DNA of 64,000 bases from an uncultured Selenomonas sp. (GTDB lineage: Bacteria > Bacillota > Negativicutes > Selenomonadales > Selenomonadaceae): assembly GCA_947167105.1 (NCBI GenBank), contig CAMVGU010000012.1:19559-83558 (forward strand). The letters are read 5' to 3'. The translations under genes were made by a program, and so were the position numbers. The notes beneath the pieces are model-generated. The model saw only the letters and a program-made list of their open reading frames with translations, was not told the origin of the DNA and ran no database searches. Positions 9,240 to 19,577 of the stretch are shown here, in pieces; position 1 is the first letter of the stretch, and each line of letters opens with the position of its first letter.

Positions 9240-10940
9240 TCAATATTTCCCGAAATCTGTCGGGCCCCCCGGCTGGCCCTGGCTGATGGCCGGGGGCTGG
9301 AAGGTGATGCCCCTGTCGTCTGCCAGGCGCTTCGGCGGCTGCTGCACGAGCCTGGCCGTACTGGCCGGGCCCTGCCAGTTGCCGCCCTGCTGCTCCAGAC
9401 GGAAGCGGCCTGCCGTTTCCTGCATCCTGTCAGCCTGGGCCGAGAGCTGCTGGCTGGCCGAGGCTGCTTCCTCCGAGGTGGCAGAGTTGCCCTGGACGAC
9501 CTGGGAGACCTGCAGCACGCCCTGATTGATCTGCTCCAGGGCCAGGCGCTGCTCCTGGGAGGCCTTGGCTATGCCTGCCACCAGCTCCGTGACCTGGTTC
9601 ACCTGGCTGCGGATGGTGCGCAGGGCCTCTGCTGTCTTGCCGGCAATCTCCCGGCCGCCCTCCACTTTCTTGATGGAGTCCTCGATCATGTCCGTGGTCT
9701 CTTTGGCGGCCTTGGCGCTGCGTGCCGCCAGATTCCTGACTTCCTCGGCCACCACCGCAAAGCCTTTGCCGTGCTGTCCGGCCCGGGCAGCTTCCACTGC
9801 CGCATTCAGGGCCAGGATATTGGTCTGGAAGGCGATTTCGTCGATGACCTTGATGATTTTCGAGATATTCTCGGAGGAATGGTTGATGGCTTCCATGGCT
9901 TCCAGCATGGCCTGCATGTCCGCATCACCCACAGCGGCCTGGTCGCAGGCCTCCTGGGTCAGGCCGTTGGCATGCTCCGCATTCTCCGCATTGCTCTTGG
10001 TCTGGGAGGAAATCTCGGCTATGGAGGCGGAAAGCTGCTCCACGGAAGCCGCCTGCTCCGCCGCCCCCTGGGACAGGGAAACGCTGGCGTCGGACACGTT
10101 CTTCGCGCCGCCTGCCACCTGGTCTGCTGCCATGCGCATCTCCAGCAGGGCCTCGTTCATCTTCTTGCGCATGGTCTCGAAGCTGGTGGCCACAGCGCCG
10201 ATTTCATCATCCGCCAGGATGAGGATAGGTGTCACCAGATCCCCGCCGGCGATGACCGCTGCCTCCTCGGACAGCTTGTTGAGCCGCCAGGAGATGCTGC
10301 TGGTCTGCCTGAGGGCAAAGATAAGCACCACTGCCAGCAAAATCAGCGTCACGATGCCGGAAACGACAAAATACCGCATGACCTCGCCGGAGAGGACTTC
10401 CATCTCCTTGCCTGCCGCCGCCCCCGTAAAATCTATGATGACATTGTAGGAATCCGCAAGCTGCTTCTCCGCGTTATAATAGGCACCTGCCTCGGGCAGG
10501 CTGCCCAGGGGCTGCTCTGCCTGGGCCCTGCCCCGGGCCGACATAAAAGCCTGCCGTGCCTGACGATAATTGGTGAGCTTCTGCTGCAGATCCGCCACCA
10601 TTTCCTTGCTGCGCTCGGAAACGCAGCGCTCTTTCAGGAGGGCAAGGTAACTGTCCGCTTCCTGATCCCTTACACGCATGGCTGCCAGTGCATCCTCGCG
10701 CCGGGATGTATCCGCTGCCTGCAGAGAACGGATGAATTCCGAGCCAGCGAGGGCCGCAGAGCGGGAGGACTGCACCGCCACCGTAGTCGCATAGGAGTCC
10801 TCATCAAAAATGCGCTGATACTCACTGTTGATATAGCTGACCAGCCAGGTGCCGAAGCCCCCCAGCAGGAAGACCAGTACCGCCAGCGAGGCCACCAGCG
10901 TCAGCAGCCGTCCCTTGATATTCATATGCAAAGCTTTCAT
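9240..10940 (-). CDS. Methyl-accepting chemotaxis protein (TM - sensor - TM - HAMP - MA domain)
   Basis: 566 aa. Carries the highly conserved MCP signalling hairpin ([40 protein letters not shown]). A HAMP segment follows the second TM. Confidence 0.95.
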   Translation of the reverse strand: MKALHMNIKGRLLTLVASLAVLVFLLGGFGTWLVSYINSEYQRIFDEDSYATTVAVQSSRSAALAGSEFIRSLQAADTSRREDALAAMRVRDQEADSYLALLKERCVSERSKEMVADLQQKLTNYRQARQAFMSARGRAQAEQPLGSLPEAGAYYNAEKQLADSYNVIIDFTGAAAGKEMEVLSGEVMRYFVVSGIVTLILLAVVLIFALRQTSSISWRLNKLSEEAAVIAGGDLVTPILILADDEIGAVATSFETMRKKMNEALLEMRMAADQVAGGAKNVSDASVSLSQGAAEQAASVEQLSASIAEISSQTKSNAENAEHANGLTQEACDQAAVGDADMQAMLEAMEAINHSSENISKIIKVIDEIAFQTNILALNAAVEAARAGQHGKGFAVVAEEVRNLAARSAKAAKETTDMIEDSIKKVEGGREIAGKTAEALRTIRSQVNQVTELVAGIAKASQEQRLALEQINQGVLQVSQVVQGNSATSEEAASASQQLSAQADRMQETAGRFRLEQQGGNWQGPASTARLVQQPPKRLADDRGITFQPPAISQGQPGGPTDFGKY

Positions 10941-11467
10941 TTACCATCTGCTCCTTCTTCCTGGGTCTCATCTGCCTGCATCCTGCCTAAAAGCTCCTCA
11001 TCCTCCTGAGAGAATAATTTTTCCCAATCAAGCAGCAGCACGACGCCTTCCTCCTCGCCCAGCTTGCCCACGCCGCGTATATAGCGGTTCTGGGAAGCCG
11101 AGAGCTTAGGCTGGGGCACCACATTTGCCTCCGGTATGGTCAGCACCTCCGCCACTCCGTCCACAATCAGCCCCACCTGCATGGCCTCCGCCTCGATGAC
11201 AATTACGCAGGTGCGATCCGTATAAGGGCGGAAGGCTTGACGGAAGCGCAGCCGCATATCCACCACGGGTATGATCTTGCCCCGCAGATTGATGATGCCC
11301 CGCACGTATTCCGGCACCTCCGGCACTCCCGTGATGGGCAGGATGCCGATAATCTCCTGCACCACCCGGATATCCAGTCCGTAGACCTCGCTGCCGAGTG
11401 TAAAAGTCAGGTATTTATCCTTCTGGGTATCTTCTTCCTCAAGCAGGTTCTCCTCTTCCATGGCCAC
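10937..11467 (-). CDS. cheW: Chemotaxis coupling protein CheW
   Basis: 176 aa with a typical CheW fold sequence ([21 protein letters not shown]...[16 protein letters not shown]). Overlaps the MCP start by 4 nt. Confidence 0.9.
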   Translation of the reverse strand: MAMEEENLLEEEDTQKDKYLTFTLGSEVYGLDIRVVQEIIGILPITGVPEVPEYVRGIINLRGKIIPVVDMRLRFRQAFRPYTDRTCVIVIEAEAMQVGLIVDGVAEVLTIPEANVVPQPKLSASQNRYIRGVGKLGEEEGVVLLLDWEKLFSQEDEELLGRMQADETQEEGADGK

Positions 11468-11583
11468 CTCTCCCCTTTGTTTTCCCTACATACTGTTCAC
11501 GCGTTGCCACCCCACCACCGCCTGCGGCGGTCCCCCGCCCCTCCAGGGGCGGACAGGGAAACTGGCATATACGCCGTATACTG

Positions 11584-13752
11584 CTACGATGCTTTCAGCA
11601 GGCGCCTGCCAAGCTGCTGTGCGTCCAGAATCAGGCTGATGCTGCCATCCCCCAGGAGGGTGCAGCCGCTGATGCCAGTGGTCTCCATCAGCTTCGACAG
11701 GTAGAGAGGCACCGGCTTCACCACGATTTCCTGCACCCCCGTCAGCCGGTCTGCATGTACCGCCAGAGTCTCCCCCTGGCCCGTGTCCAGGAGCACCAGT
11801 ATGCCCTGGGTCAAATCCTCCTCTGCGCCCTCGATACGATAGACTTCATGGAGCCGCACCACGGGACAGCACTGCCCGTCCTCCAGCAGCAGCTCCTTGC
11901 CTTCCTCATCCCGAAAAACCTCCGTCTCCCCGGGCCTGAAGGAGCGGCGTATGCTGGAAATCGGTATGGTGAAGCGGGACTCGCCCACCTCGATATTCAT
12001 GCCCTCTATGATGGCCAGGGTCAGGGGGATGCGGATGGTGGTGGTGGAGCCATGGCCCATGCGGCTGTCCACCGTCACCGAGCCCCCCAGGGCCTTGATA
12101 TTGGACACCACCACATCCATGCCCACGCCGCGCCCGGAAAACTCCGTGACCTGCTCCTTGGTGGAGAAGCCCGGCGCAAAGATGAACTGATAGATTTCCG
12201 CGTCCGTCAGTTCTGCCTCCGGCTTGGTAAAGAGATGCTTGTCCCTGGCCCTGGCCAGGATCTTGTCCCGGTTCAGGCCGCCGCCGTCATCTTTCACCTG
12301 CAGCACCACCTCGCCGCCCACGTTGGCGGCGGAGAGTGTCACCGTGCCTGATTCCGGCTTGCCTGCCTCCAGGCGCGCCTCCGGCATCTCGATGCCGTGA
12401 TCCACCGCATTGCGCACGATGTGCATCAGCGGGTCGCCGATATGGTCATTGATGGTCTTGTCCACCTCGGTCTCCTCACCCTGCAGCACCAGCCGTGCCT
12501 TCTTGCCCAGCTTCTTCGTCATATCCCGCACAATGCGGTTCATTTTCTTGAAGGTTGCATCCAAGGGAACCATGCGCAGGGACATGACGCTGTCCTGCAG
12601 CTCACTGGAAAGCTTTTGCAGTTGGCGTGCCGCCTTCTGGAAATTCGGCAGCTCCTGCCCGGCAAGATCCGGATTCTGGGCCACCATGGACTCCGCAATC
12701 ACCAGCTCCCCCACCAGATCCATCAGCCTGTCCAGCTTATCCACCCGCACGCTGATAACCTGGGACTCATGGGGCTCGGAGGGGCGGCCTTTAGCCAGGG
12801 CTGCCGCCTCCTGCTTGGCAGCCCTGGTCTGGGGGAGCTGGGGCTCTCCCGGACTTTTCTCCACCTGGGGCACAATGGGGGTAGCATCCGGCACCAGCTC
12901 AGGCGCCCCAGGCTCTTTGGGCCAGAAGCTGCACTTATCCGTGCTTTCCAGTTCTTTAAGCTCCAGCTCCTGCAGATACCCCACGGAGTCCAGGAGCTTT
13001 TTCACTTCCTCCTGCTCCTTGTCCGTGGTGATGGCCAGGCGCAGTCCCTCTGCCTCCAGCACTGCCGCCGCTTCCGGGTCCTCCAGGAGCTTCTCCGGCA
13101 CCCAATGGGCTTCCGTCGCCTGTCCCTGCAGGTTGCTCACCACTGTATAGGCGCGCACCTCCACCATATCGCAGCCCGGCTCGAAGCGCAGCCGCGCTTC
13201 GTAGACATGGGGCCCGGCTGCTGCCTCCTGGGTGCGAACCGGCGCTATGTAATACTGCTGGGGCACGGGCTTGGGGGCAGGGGCGGCAGCCTGTGCGCCC
13301 GCCGCCGGTTTCTTGGCCTTGCGCAGGTCAACATCCGGGTCATGGCCATTGGCGATTTTCATTTCCCGCAGGAAGGCATGAGTCTCCTCCCGCAGCTCCG
13401 TGCTCACCCCCGAGGGCTTGCCCCCCTCGTCCAGCACATCGATCTCCACCCGCATGAAGTCCAGGGCCGACAGCACCAAATCCGTAATGCCCGGCACATC
13501 CACCTTCTCCGGGTGAAGTTCCCTGATGTAAAAGAAAATATCCTCCACCGCATGGGCCAGCTGGGAGACCTCGTCCAGCATCATCATCGCCGTGGAACCC
13601 TTGAGGGTGTGCATCACGCGGAAGATCTCATTTACGTCACTGCCGGCAAATTCCCCGGCTTCCTCACCCGCCAGAGCCAGTTGTTCAAGCTGCTCGAAAA
13701 ACTGCCGGGTCTCGTAAATGAAGACCTCTACCATCTGGTCATGCTCTGCCAT
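11584..13752 (-). CDS. cheA: Chemotaxis histidine kinase CheA
   Basis: 722 aa. HPt motif HTLKGSTAMM. Dimerisation and HATPase regions (DHGIE..., GRGVGMDVV). C-terminal CheW-like domain. Confidence 0.95.
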   Translation of the reverse strand: MAEHDQMVEVFIYETRQFFEQLEQLALAGEEAGEFAGSDVNEIFRVMHTLKGSTAMMMLDEVSQLAHAVEDIFFYIRELHPEKVDVPGITDLVLSALDFMRVEIDVLDEGGKPSGVSTELREETHAFLREMKIANGHDPDVDLRKAKKPAAGAQAAAPAPKPVPQQYYIAPVRTQEAAAGPHVYEARLRFEPGCDMVEVRAYTVVSNLQGQATEAHWVPEKLLEDPEAAAVLEAEGLRLAITTDKEQEEVKKLLDSVGYLQELELKELESTDKCSFWPKEPGAPELVPDATPIVPQVEKSPGEPQLPQTRAAKQEAAALAKGRPSEPHESQVISVRVDKLDRLMDLVGELVIAESMVAQNPDLAGQELPNFQKAARQLQKLSSELQDSVMSLRMVPLDATFKKMNRIVRDMTKKLGKKARLVLQGEETEVDKTINDHIGDPLMHIVRNAVDHGIEMPEARLEAGKPESGTVTLSAANVGGEVVLQVKDDGGGLNRDKILARARDKHLFTKPEAELTDAEIYQFIFAPGFSTKEQVTEFSGRGVGMDVVVSNIKALGGSVTVDSRMGHGSTTTIRIPLTLAIIEGMNIEVGESRFTIPISSIRRSFRPGETEVFRDEEGKELLLEDGQCCPVVRLHEVYRIEGAEEDLTQGILVLLDTGQGETLAVHADRLTGVQEIVVKPVPLYLSKLMETTGISGCTLLGDGSISLILDAQQLGRRLLKAS

Positions 13753-13758
13753 GGGGCC

Positions 13759-14259
13759 TCACTCCTTCTCGGACCGGGGAGCCTCGTCGCCCTTTGGGGC
13801 TGTTTCCTGCTCCGCCGCCTCATCGCTGCCCTCAGAGGCCGCTTCCTGCCCTGCCTCTGCGCCTCCCGGCAGCAGGCCGATGTTGCGCATGACTTCCTCC
13901 ACCTTGTCCGTATCTATGGGCTTGGAGGCGTAGGCATCACAGCCCAGGTCGAAGGCCTCCTTTACATAGTTCACCTCGGCCAGGGCCGTCATCATGATAA
14001 TTTTCAGATGCTCCTCCTGGCCAGTCCCAGATTGCTCCTCCAGACCCCTTATCACCCGCAGCACCTTCAAGCCGTCGATCTTGGGCATCATGATATCCAG
14101 GCACAGCAAGTCGTAGGGCTTGCCTTCCCGCACCGACTCCAGATAGAGATCCAGGGTCTCCTTGCCATCCACCGCCACATCGCACTGCCCGTAGTCCTGC
14201 ATGAAATCCTGCAGGAACAGCCTGCTGATGCGATCATCCTCTGCTATCAAGATTTTCAT
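13759..14259 (-). CDS. CheY-like single-domain response regulator with acidic tail
   Basis: Receiver motifs: MKILIAEDD...DLLCLDIMMPKIDG...MMTA...K. ATG at 14259 with AGGTGAG upstream. Confidence 0.85.
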   Translation of the reverse strand: MKILIAEDDRISRLFLQDFMQDYGQCDVAVDGKETLDLYLESVREGKPYDLLCLDIMMPKIDGLKVLRVIRGLEEQSGTGQEEHLKIIMMTALAEVNYVKEAFDLGCDAYASKPIDTDKVEEVMRNIGLLPGGAEAGQEAASEGSDEAAEQETAPKGDEAPRSEKE

Positions 14260-14279
14260 ATTCTCACCTGCATTCCCTC

Positions 14280-16079
14280 TCATTTACCCTTATCTTTATT
14301 AAGCTGCTTCATCGCATAGGCCATCAGGTCGCTGATATCCTCCGTGGCTCCCGCCACCGGCGCAGCGGCATTATCTGCCCCCTGGAGCCACAGGCGTTCC
14401 GATTCCGGCAACTGCAGCTTCGTCAGCTTCGGATTGACGAAAGCACTCTCATCCCGAGGCTCCGGCTCCGCCTCCCTGGCCACGATCAGGGGTATCCAGA
14501 AGGAGAACAGGCTCCCCTTGCCGGGCCAGGACTTCACCTCGATATTGCCCCCCATGCTGAGCAGGAGCTCCCGCACAATGGTCAGGCCCAGGCCCGAGCC
14601 GCCGTAGCGCCTGGTGGTGGAAGGATCGGCCTGGGCAAAGGGCTGGAAGATGCGCTTCAGCTCCTCCGGCTTCATGCCTATGCCCGTATCCCGCACGGAA
14701 AATTCCAGGGTAGGTTTGCCCCCCTGGGAGCCCACCACCGCCTGGATGGTTATGGAGCCTGCATGGGTAAATTTAAGTGCATTATTCAAAAGATTGCTGA
14801 AAATTTGCCTGATGCGCAGGGGGTCTCCCCTGACGAACTGGGGCAGAGCGTGGATATCCGGCAGGGACAGGGTGAGTCCTTGGGCCCTGGCCAGGGTCTT
14901 ATAGGTGTCCTCCACCTGCTCCAGCATCAGCCGCAGGTCGAAATTGATGCGCTCCAGCTTCATGCGGCCGCTGTCCAGCTTGGAAAAGTCCAGGATGTCA
15001 TTGATGAGCCGCAAAAGATCCTGGGAGCTTTGTTGGGCGTTCTTCAGGTACTCCTGCAGCTTCTCCGGCGGCGGGTTCCTGAGAGCCAGCTTCAGCATGC
15101 CCAGCACGCCATTGATGGGCGTGCGGATCTCATGGCTCATATTGCTGAGGAAGCGCATCTTCGTGCGCCCCGCCTCCTCCGCCGCATCCTTGGCCGCTTT
15201 AAGCTTCTCCTCGTAGCGGCGCCTGGCGGACTCATTGATGATGGCCAGGATGACCTGCTTGGATTCCCCCACCCCCATCTGGGAGACGAAAACCTTCAGC
15301 CACAAGGATTCCTGTGCCCGTTTCGAGCGCATGACGAACTCAAATTCACTGGTATAGGTATCGTCCGCAATGGCCGCCTGGATATTGATGCGCGCCGGGC
15401 ACTGCTTGCAGGGGGCGGACATCCCGCAGCCACGGTTCAGGCAGCTCTCGCAGATAAAGGCTTCGCCGAACTGCAGCCCCAGCACGTTATCGCTGGAGGC
15501 ATTCATGATTTCCAGGGCAGCCTCATTGATATCGACAATGGAGCCCTTCACATTCAGCAGGCAGAAGCCCACGGTTGCAGCCGAAAAGACGGAGCGCATA
15601 TAGCGCTGGTCTTCCTCCACCTTCATTTCCAGCGCCCGGAGGTGGGTCACATCGCGCACAATCACGATGCAGCCTACAATACTGCCCTTGCGGCTGCGCA
15701 TGGGCGCACAGGTCATGGACAGGTAAATGGGCCCCTGGGTGCCCAGCACGCCGATATTGCGCGCCAGTCCCACCGACCTGCCCGTGTGCATGGCCTGCAG
15801 CACCGGATTGTCATAGGGCAGGCCGGTGCGCACATCCAGGAGGGGGCAGCACACATGGAAGGGCAGCCCCGGCTTTGGCATCTCCGGCCATTCCAGAATT
15901 TCCTGGGCCGCCTCATTGCAGTAGACAATGCGTGCCTGGGGATCGGTCAGGATGACGCCATCACCCAGCTCCCCCAGAAAGCCCTGCCATAATGCGTGAC
16001 GGGAAAAGCCCTTGCGTCCAGTCAAAATGTTCACGGCGCACCACCCTCTCGAAACCTCGGTTCCGCAAAATTTTACCAT
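14280..16079 (-). CDS. PAS-domain sensor histidine kinase
   Basis: Two PAS-like regions, one with a Cys-rich stretch (CESCLNRGCGMSAPCKQCP). H-box SHEIRTPINGVLGM. HATPase_c motifs (DTGIGM, GGSGLGL). Start at ATG 16079 is uncertain; the track starts at 16115. Confidence 0.85.
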   Translation of the reverse strand: MVKFCGTEVSRGWCAVNILTGRKGFSRHALWQGFLGELGDGVILTDPQARIVYCNEAAQEILEWPEMPKPGLPFHVCCPLLDVRTGLPYDNPVLQAMHTGRSVGLARNIGVLGTQGPIYLSMTCAPMRSRKGSIVGCIVIVRDVTHLRALEMKVEEDQRYMRSVFSAATVGFCLLNVKGSIVDINEAALEIMNASSDNVLGLQFGEAFICESCLNRGCGMSAPCKQCPARINIQAAIADDTYTSEFEFVMRSKRAQESLWLKVFVSQMGVGESKQVILAIINESARRRYEEKLKAAKDAAEEAGRTKMRFLSNMSHEIRTPINGVLGMLKLALRNPPPEKLQEYLKNAQQSSQDLLRLINDILDFSKLDSGRMKLERINFDLRLMLEQVEDTYKTLARAQGLTLSLPDIHALPQFVRGDPLRIRQIFSNLLNNALKFTHAGSITIQAVVGSQGGKPTLEFSVRDTGIGMKPEELKRIFQPFAQADPSTTRRYGGSGLGLTIVRELLLSMGGNIEVKSWPGKGSLFSFWIPLIVAREAEPEPRDESAFVNPKLTKLQLPESERLWLQGADNAAAPVAGATEDISDLMAYAMKQLNKDKGK

Positions 16080-16121
16080 GAAATTATTCCCCTCACATGG
16101 CCCAAAATCCTGCAAGCCAGG

Positions 16122-16176
16122 CCAAAAAGAAATAGGGCATTTTGATTAAGCAAGCTAACCAAAAAGCCCTATTTCT
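16122..16176 (-). terminator. Possible terminator downstream of the SufD-like gene
   Basis: 11-bp stem agaaatagggc / gccctatttct with a large (27-nt) loop, followed on the minus strand by TTTTGG. Confidence 0.4.
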
Positions 16177-16179
16177 ATA

Positions 16180-17106
16180 TTATTTGAGGAAGCCGCTGAT
16201 AATCTGCTCCTCGGCCTCCTTTTCTGTCAGGCCCAGCGTCATCAGCTTGATAAGCTGATCCCCGGCAATTTTCCCGATAGCCGCCTCATGCACAAGCTGC
16301 GCGTCCACGCAGTTGGCAGCCAGGCTCGGCACGGCCAGGATCTTCGCCTCATCCATGATAATGGAGTCGCATTCCGTATGGCCGCTGCAGGCCGCATTGC
16401 CCTCGATGCCCAAGTCCAGTTTTTGATAGGACCTGTCCCTGGCCACGCCCCTGGACACCACATCGGCGCTGGAGCTTTCCCCATCCAGCACCACATGGTA
16501 GATGCTGCAGGCAGTCTGCTCCCCTGCCGTCATCAGCCGCTCCCGCACCACCATATGCGCGTCCCCGGCGAGGGTGGCTTTGGTAGTGCGATTGGTGGAG
16601 CTGACGCCCTTGATTTGCACCATTTCCAGCTCCACGGTCGCCCCTTCGGCGAGGGTGAGCTCCGTCACCGGATTCAGGATGCGCTTGCCTGCCCCCGTGC
16701 CGCTGCCATAGTGGTTCTCCACATAGCGCACATGGGAGTTCCTGCCTATCCAGAAGCGATGCACGCCGTCATGCTGGCTGTCCCGGCCGCCGCAGTTATC
16801 TATGCCGCAGCCGGCCACCACCACCACATCGCAGTCCTCGCCTATGTAGAAGTCATTGTAGACCGTTTCCTTCAGGCCGCTCTCGCTGAGCACCACCGGG
16901 ATATGCACGCTTTCCTGCTTCGTGCCCGGCTTCACATGGATTTCGATGCCCGGCTCATCCCCCTGCTTGGGTACGATGTCGATATTGGCAGTGGTCTCCC
17001 TGGCCACCGCCGTGCCATTGGCCCGGATATTGTACGCTCCCTTGGGCAGGGATTCAAGCCCGGCTATTTCCTTAAGGAGCCGGCGCTGCACTTCATCTAA
17101 TGCCAT
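16180..17106 (-). CDS. SufB/SufD-family Fe-S assembly protein
   Basis: Beta-helix-type SufBD sequence, ending ...LVHEAAIGKIAGDQLIKLMTLGLTEKEAEEQIISGFL, which is typical of the family. ATG at 17106 with AGGAGG upstream. Adjacent to the SufC-like ATPase. Confidence 0.8.
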   Translation of the reverse strand: MALDEVQRRLLKEIAGLESLPKGAYNIRANGTAVARETTANIDIVPKQGDEPGIEIHVKPGTKQESVHIPVVLSESGLKETVYNDFYIGEDCDVVVVAGCGIDNCGGRDSQHDGVHRFWIGRNSHVRYVENHYGSGTGAGKRILNPVTELTLAEGATVELEMVQIKGVSSTNRTTKATLAGDAHMVVRERLMTAGEQTACSIYHVVLDGESSSADVVSRGVARDRSYQKLDLGIEGNAACSGHTECDSIIMDEAKILAVPSLAANCVDAQLVHEAAIGKIAGDQLIKLMTLGLTEKEAEEQIISGFLK

Positions 17107-17123
17107 AATCTTTCCTCCTGCCT

Positions 17124-17849
17124 TCAGCCCTTGCCGCAGGACGCAATCGCCGATTCCGTGCCGATAATCTCCGGCATCACAGCCTCCGCAGAGCCCTGGC
17201 ACTTGATGCGTCCTTCCTGCAGCACAACGATCTCATCGGCGATATTCAGGATGCGCTCCTGATGGGAGATGATGACGATGGAGCTGTCATGAATCTCCCG
17301 GCGCATGCGCTCAAAAGCCTGGATAAGATTCTGGAAGCTCCAGAGGTCGATGCCGGCCTCCGGCTCGTCAAAGACTGACAGGCGGGACTTGCGAGCCAGC
17401 ACCGTGGCAATCTCAATGCGCTTCAGCTCACCGCCTGACAGGGAATCATTTACTTCGCGGTCAATGTACTCCCGTGCGCACAGGCCGACACCGGAAAGGT
17501 ATTCGCAGGCCTCAGCCACCTTCAGGCGCTTCCCCGCCGCAAGCCGCAGGAGGTCTATGACCTGAATGCCCTTGAAGCGCACCGGCTGCTGGAAGGCGAA
17601 GGCGATGCCCCGCCTGGCGCGGTCTGTGATGGAAAGCTCCGTGATGTCCTCCCCGTCCAGGAGAATCCTGCCCTCCGTGGGCCTCAATACCCCTGCAATC
17701 AGCTTCGCCAGGGTGGACTTGCCACCCCCATTGGGGCCTGTAATCACCACAAACTTCCTGTCCGGTATGACCAGGCTCACATCCTGGACGATTTCCTTAT
17801 TGCCGCTCTCATCATCCACGGCAAAAGATAGATTCTGCAGCTCTAGCAT
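17124..17849 (-). CDS. sufC: SufC-like ABC ATPase
   Basis: Walker A GPNGGGKST, signature LSGGELKR, Walker B LSVFDEPEAGID, H-loop ISHQ. Paired with the SufBD gene. Confidence 0.8.
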   Translation of the reverse strand: MLELQNLSFAVDDESGNKEIVQDVSLVIPDRKFVVITGPNGGGKSTLAKLIAGVLRPTEGRILLDGEDITELSITDRARRGIAFAFQQPVRFKGIQVIDLLRLAAGKRLKVAEACEYLSGVGLCAREYIDREVNDSLSGGELKRIEIATVLARKSRLSVFDEPEAGIDLWSFQNLIQAFERMRREIHDSSIVIISHQERILNIADEIVVLQEGRIKCQGSAEAVMPEIIGTESAIASCGKG

Positions 17850-17885
17850 ATACGGCTCCTTGCTCCTAAATACATTTCCAAAAAA

Positions 17886-18527
17886 TCAGGGGCGCACGCA
17901 GCAGGTATTCCTGCCCTGCCCCTTGGCCTCGTACAAGGCCCTGTCGGCCCGCTTATAGAGGCCCGCAAAATTCTCCGCCTGCTCAACCATGACGCCGCCG
18001 ACGCTGATAGTCACCTGCTGCCCCACAGAGGCCGCGTTTATGCGTTCTTCTATGACCTTCGTGATACGGTTGCAGAAATCGTACAGAGTGCCATAGCTGC
18101 CGATATTCGGCAGATACACGCAGAACTCATCACCGCCCATGCGGCCGATAATATCCCCATCACGCACCACAGAGCGCAGGCTGCGCACCATGGACTTCAA
18201 CACCTTGTCACCGGCCTGATGTCCCAGCTTGTCATTGATCTGCTTGAAATAATCCACATCCAGCATCACGAAGCCGCCGCTGCCGCTCTCCCCATCCTGT
18301 ATATGATGTTCGACCAGCTCCCGTATGGTGCCAGCATTGTAAACGCCGGTCAGGCTGTCACGCTCCGACTTGTCCCTGTACATATCAATATCACGCACGG
18401 CCAGGCCATAGCGGCGGCAAACCTGCCTCAGCAGGCAGCGCGTACGCCACAGGGCCAGCAGGGAAAAAAACAGCATCAGGCCCAGCACTACGACCAAGCC
18501 TGTAAGTATCATTGTAGATAGCAGCAT
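17886..18527 (-). CDS. Membrane-anchored GGDEF diguanylate cyclase
   Basis: One N-terminal TM, then a GGDEF domain (DVDYFKQINDKLGHQAGD, RMGGDEFCV). ATG at 18527. Confidence 0.85.
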   Translation of the reverse strand: MLLSTMILTGLVVVLGLMLFFSLLALWRTRCLLRQVCRRYGLAVRDIDMYRDKSERDSLTGVYNAGTIRELVEHHIQDGESGSGGFVMLDVDYFKQINDKLGHQAGDKVLKSMVRSLRSVVRDGDIIGRMGGDEFCVYLPNIGSYGTLYDFCNRITKVIEERINAASVGQQVTISVGGVMVEQAENFAGLYKRADRALYEAKGQGRNTCCVRP

Positions 18528-18644
18528 AAACACACACCCCAACTAACAGGAAACCAAGTAATTTACTCGTTTAGTATACAATACCGCTGTCAACAATTCA
18601 AGGTGCCCCGCTATATACCAACATTTTTGACGATTCTGCACATG

Positions 18645-18670
18645 AAAAAAGAGCCGGCCGGCACCGGCTC
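18645..18670 (-). terminator. Rho-independent terminator of codY
   Basis: gagccgg / ccggctc stem, followed by TTTTTT on the minus strand. Confidence 0.8.
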
Positions 18671-18683
18671 TCATGCCAATCAA

Positions 18684-19463
18684 TCAGTCATTACGCATTT
18701 TCTGGACTTCTTCCAGCAGGTATTCGTTCTTAACTTTGATAAAAGTTCCCTTCATGCCCAAAGACTTGGACTCGATGACACCCGCAGACTCGAACTTCCT
18801 GAGTGCGTTCACGATGACCGAGCGGGTTATCTTCACTTCATCCGCTATCTTGGAAGCCACCAGCAGCCCCTCGGTGCTGTCCAGGGCGGACAGGATGGCA
18901 ATGGCAGCCTTGCGCTCCGAGAAGGACAGGGTGTTCAGGGCAATCTGCACCGTGGCTTTCTTGCGTGCCTCCACCTCGATCTGCTGGGCATGATCCCGCA
19001 GCATCTCCATGCCCACCACGGTGGAGCCATACTCGCAGAGCAGCAGGTCATCGTCATCGAATTCATCATCATATTTTGCGACAATCAGCGTGCCAATGCG
19101 CTCGCCCACGCCGTAAATCGGCACAATCGTAGTATTCTTGCCATTGAACATGCAGCGGGTATTCTCCGCAAAGGCGCACATGCCAGTCTTGGAGCGCATA
19201 TTGGGGCTGGTCTCATCCATGCGCATCAGCCAGCTCACATAGTGCTTCGGGAACTCGCCCTGATTGATGACCTTGTCCACCATCAGGTCGCATTCAAATT
19301 CATCCACAAAGGCATAGCCGTAAATCTTGCCCTTCTGGTTGACTATGTATACATTAGCCCCCAGCACATTGCTGAGCACACGCGAGATGCCATCATATTC
19401 CACATTCTCAGAACGCTGCAGCAGACGATTGATCTTGCGTGTCTTTTCCAATAACGATGCCAT
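18684..19463 (-). CDS. codY: GTP-sensing pleiotropic repressor CodY
   Basis: MASLLEKTRKINRLLQ... N-terminus and the C-terminal wHTH ASKIADEVKITRSVIVNALRKFESAGVIESKSLGMKGT are CodY hallmarks. Located downstream of hslVU, as in Firmicutes. Confidence 0.95.
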   Translation of the reverse strand: MASLLEKTRKINRLLQRSENVEYDGISRVLSNVLGANVYIVNQKGKIYGYAFVDEFECDLMVDKVINQGEFPKHYVSWLMRMDETSPNMRSKTGMCAFAENTRCMFNGKNTTIVPIYGVGERIGTLIVAKYDDEFDDDDLLLCEYGSTVVGMEMLRDHAQQIEVEARKKATVQIALNTLSFSERKAAIAILSALDSTEGLLVASKIADEVKITRSVIVNALRKFESAGVIESKSLGMKGTFIKVKNEYLLEEVQKMRND

Positions 19464-19577
19464 GTTAAGCCTCTCCCTTTCTATTTTCAAAGCCAGACTA
19501 AATTATCGCTCTACTTAGTTTATCATATTTTTCACAATTATCATAGACGGCTGGAAAATATTTTTTCTGAAAAATTC

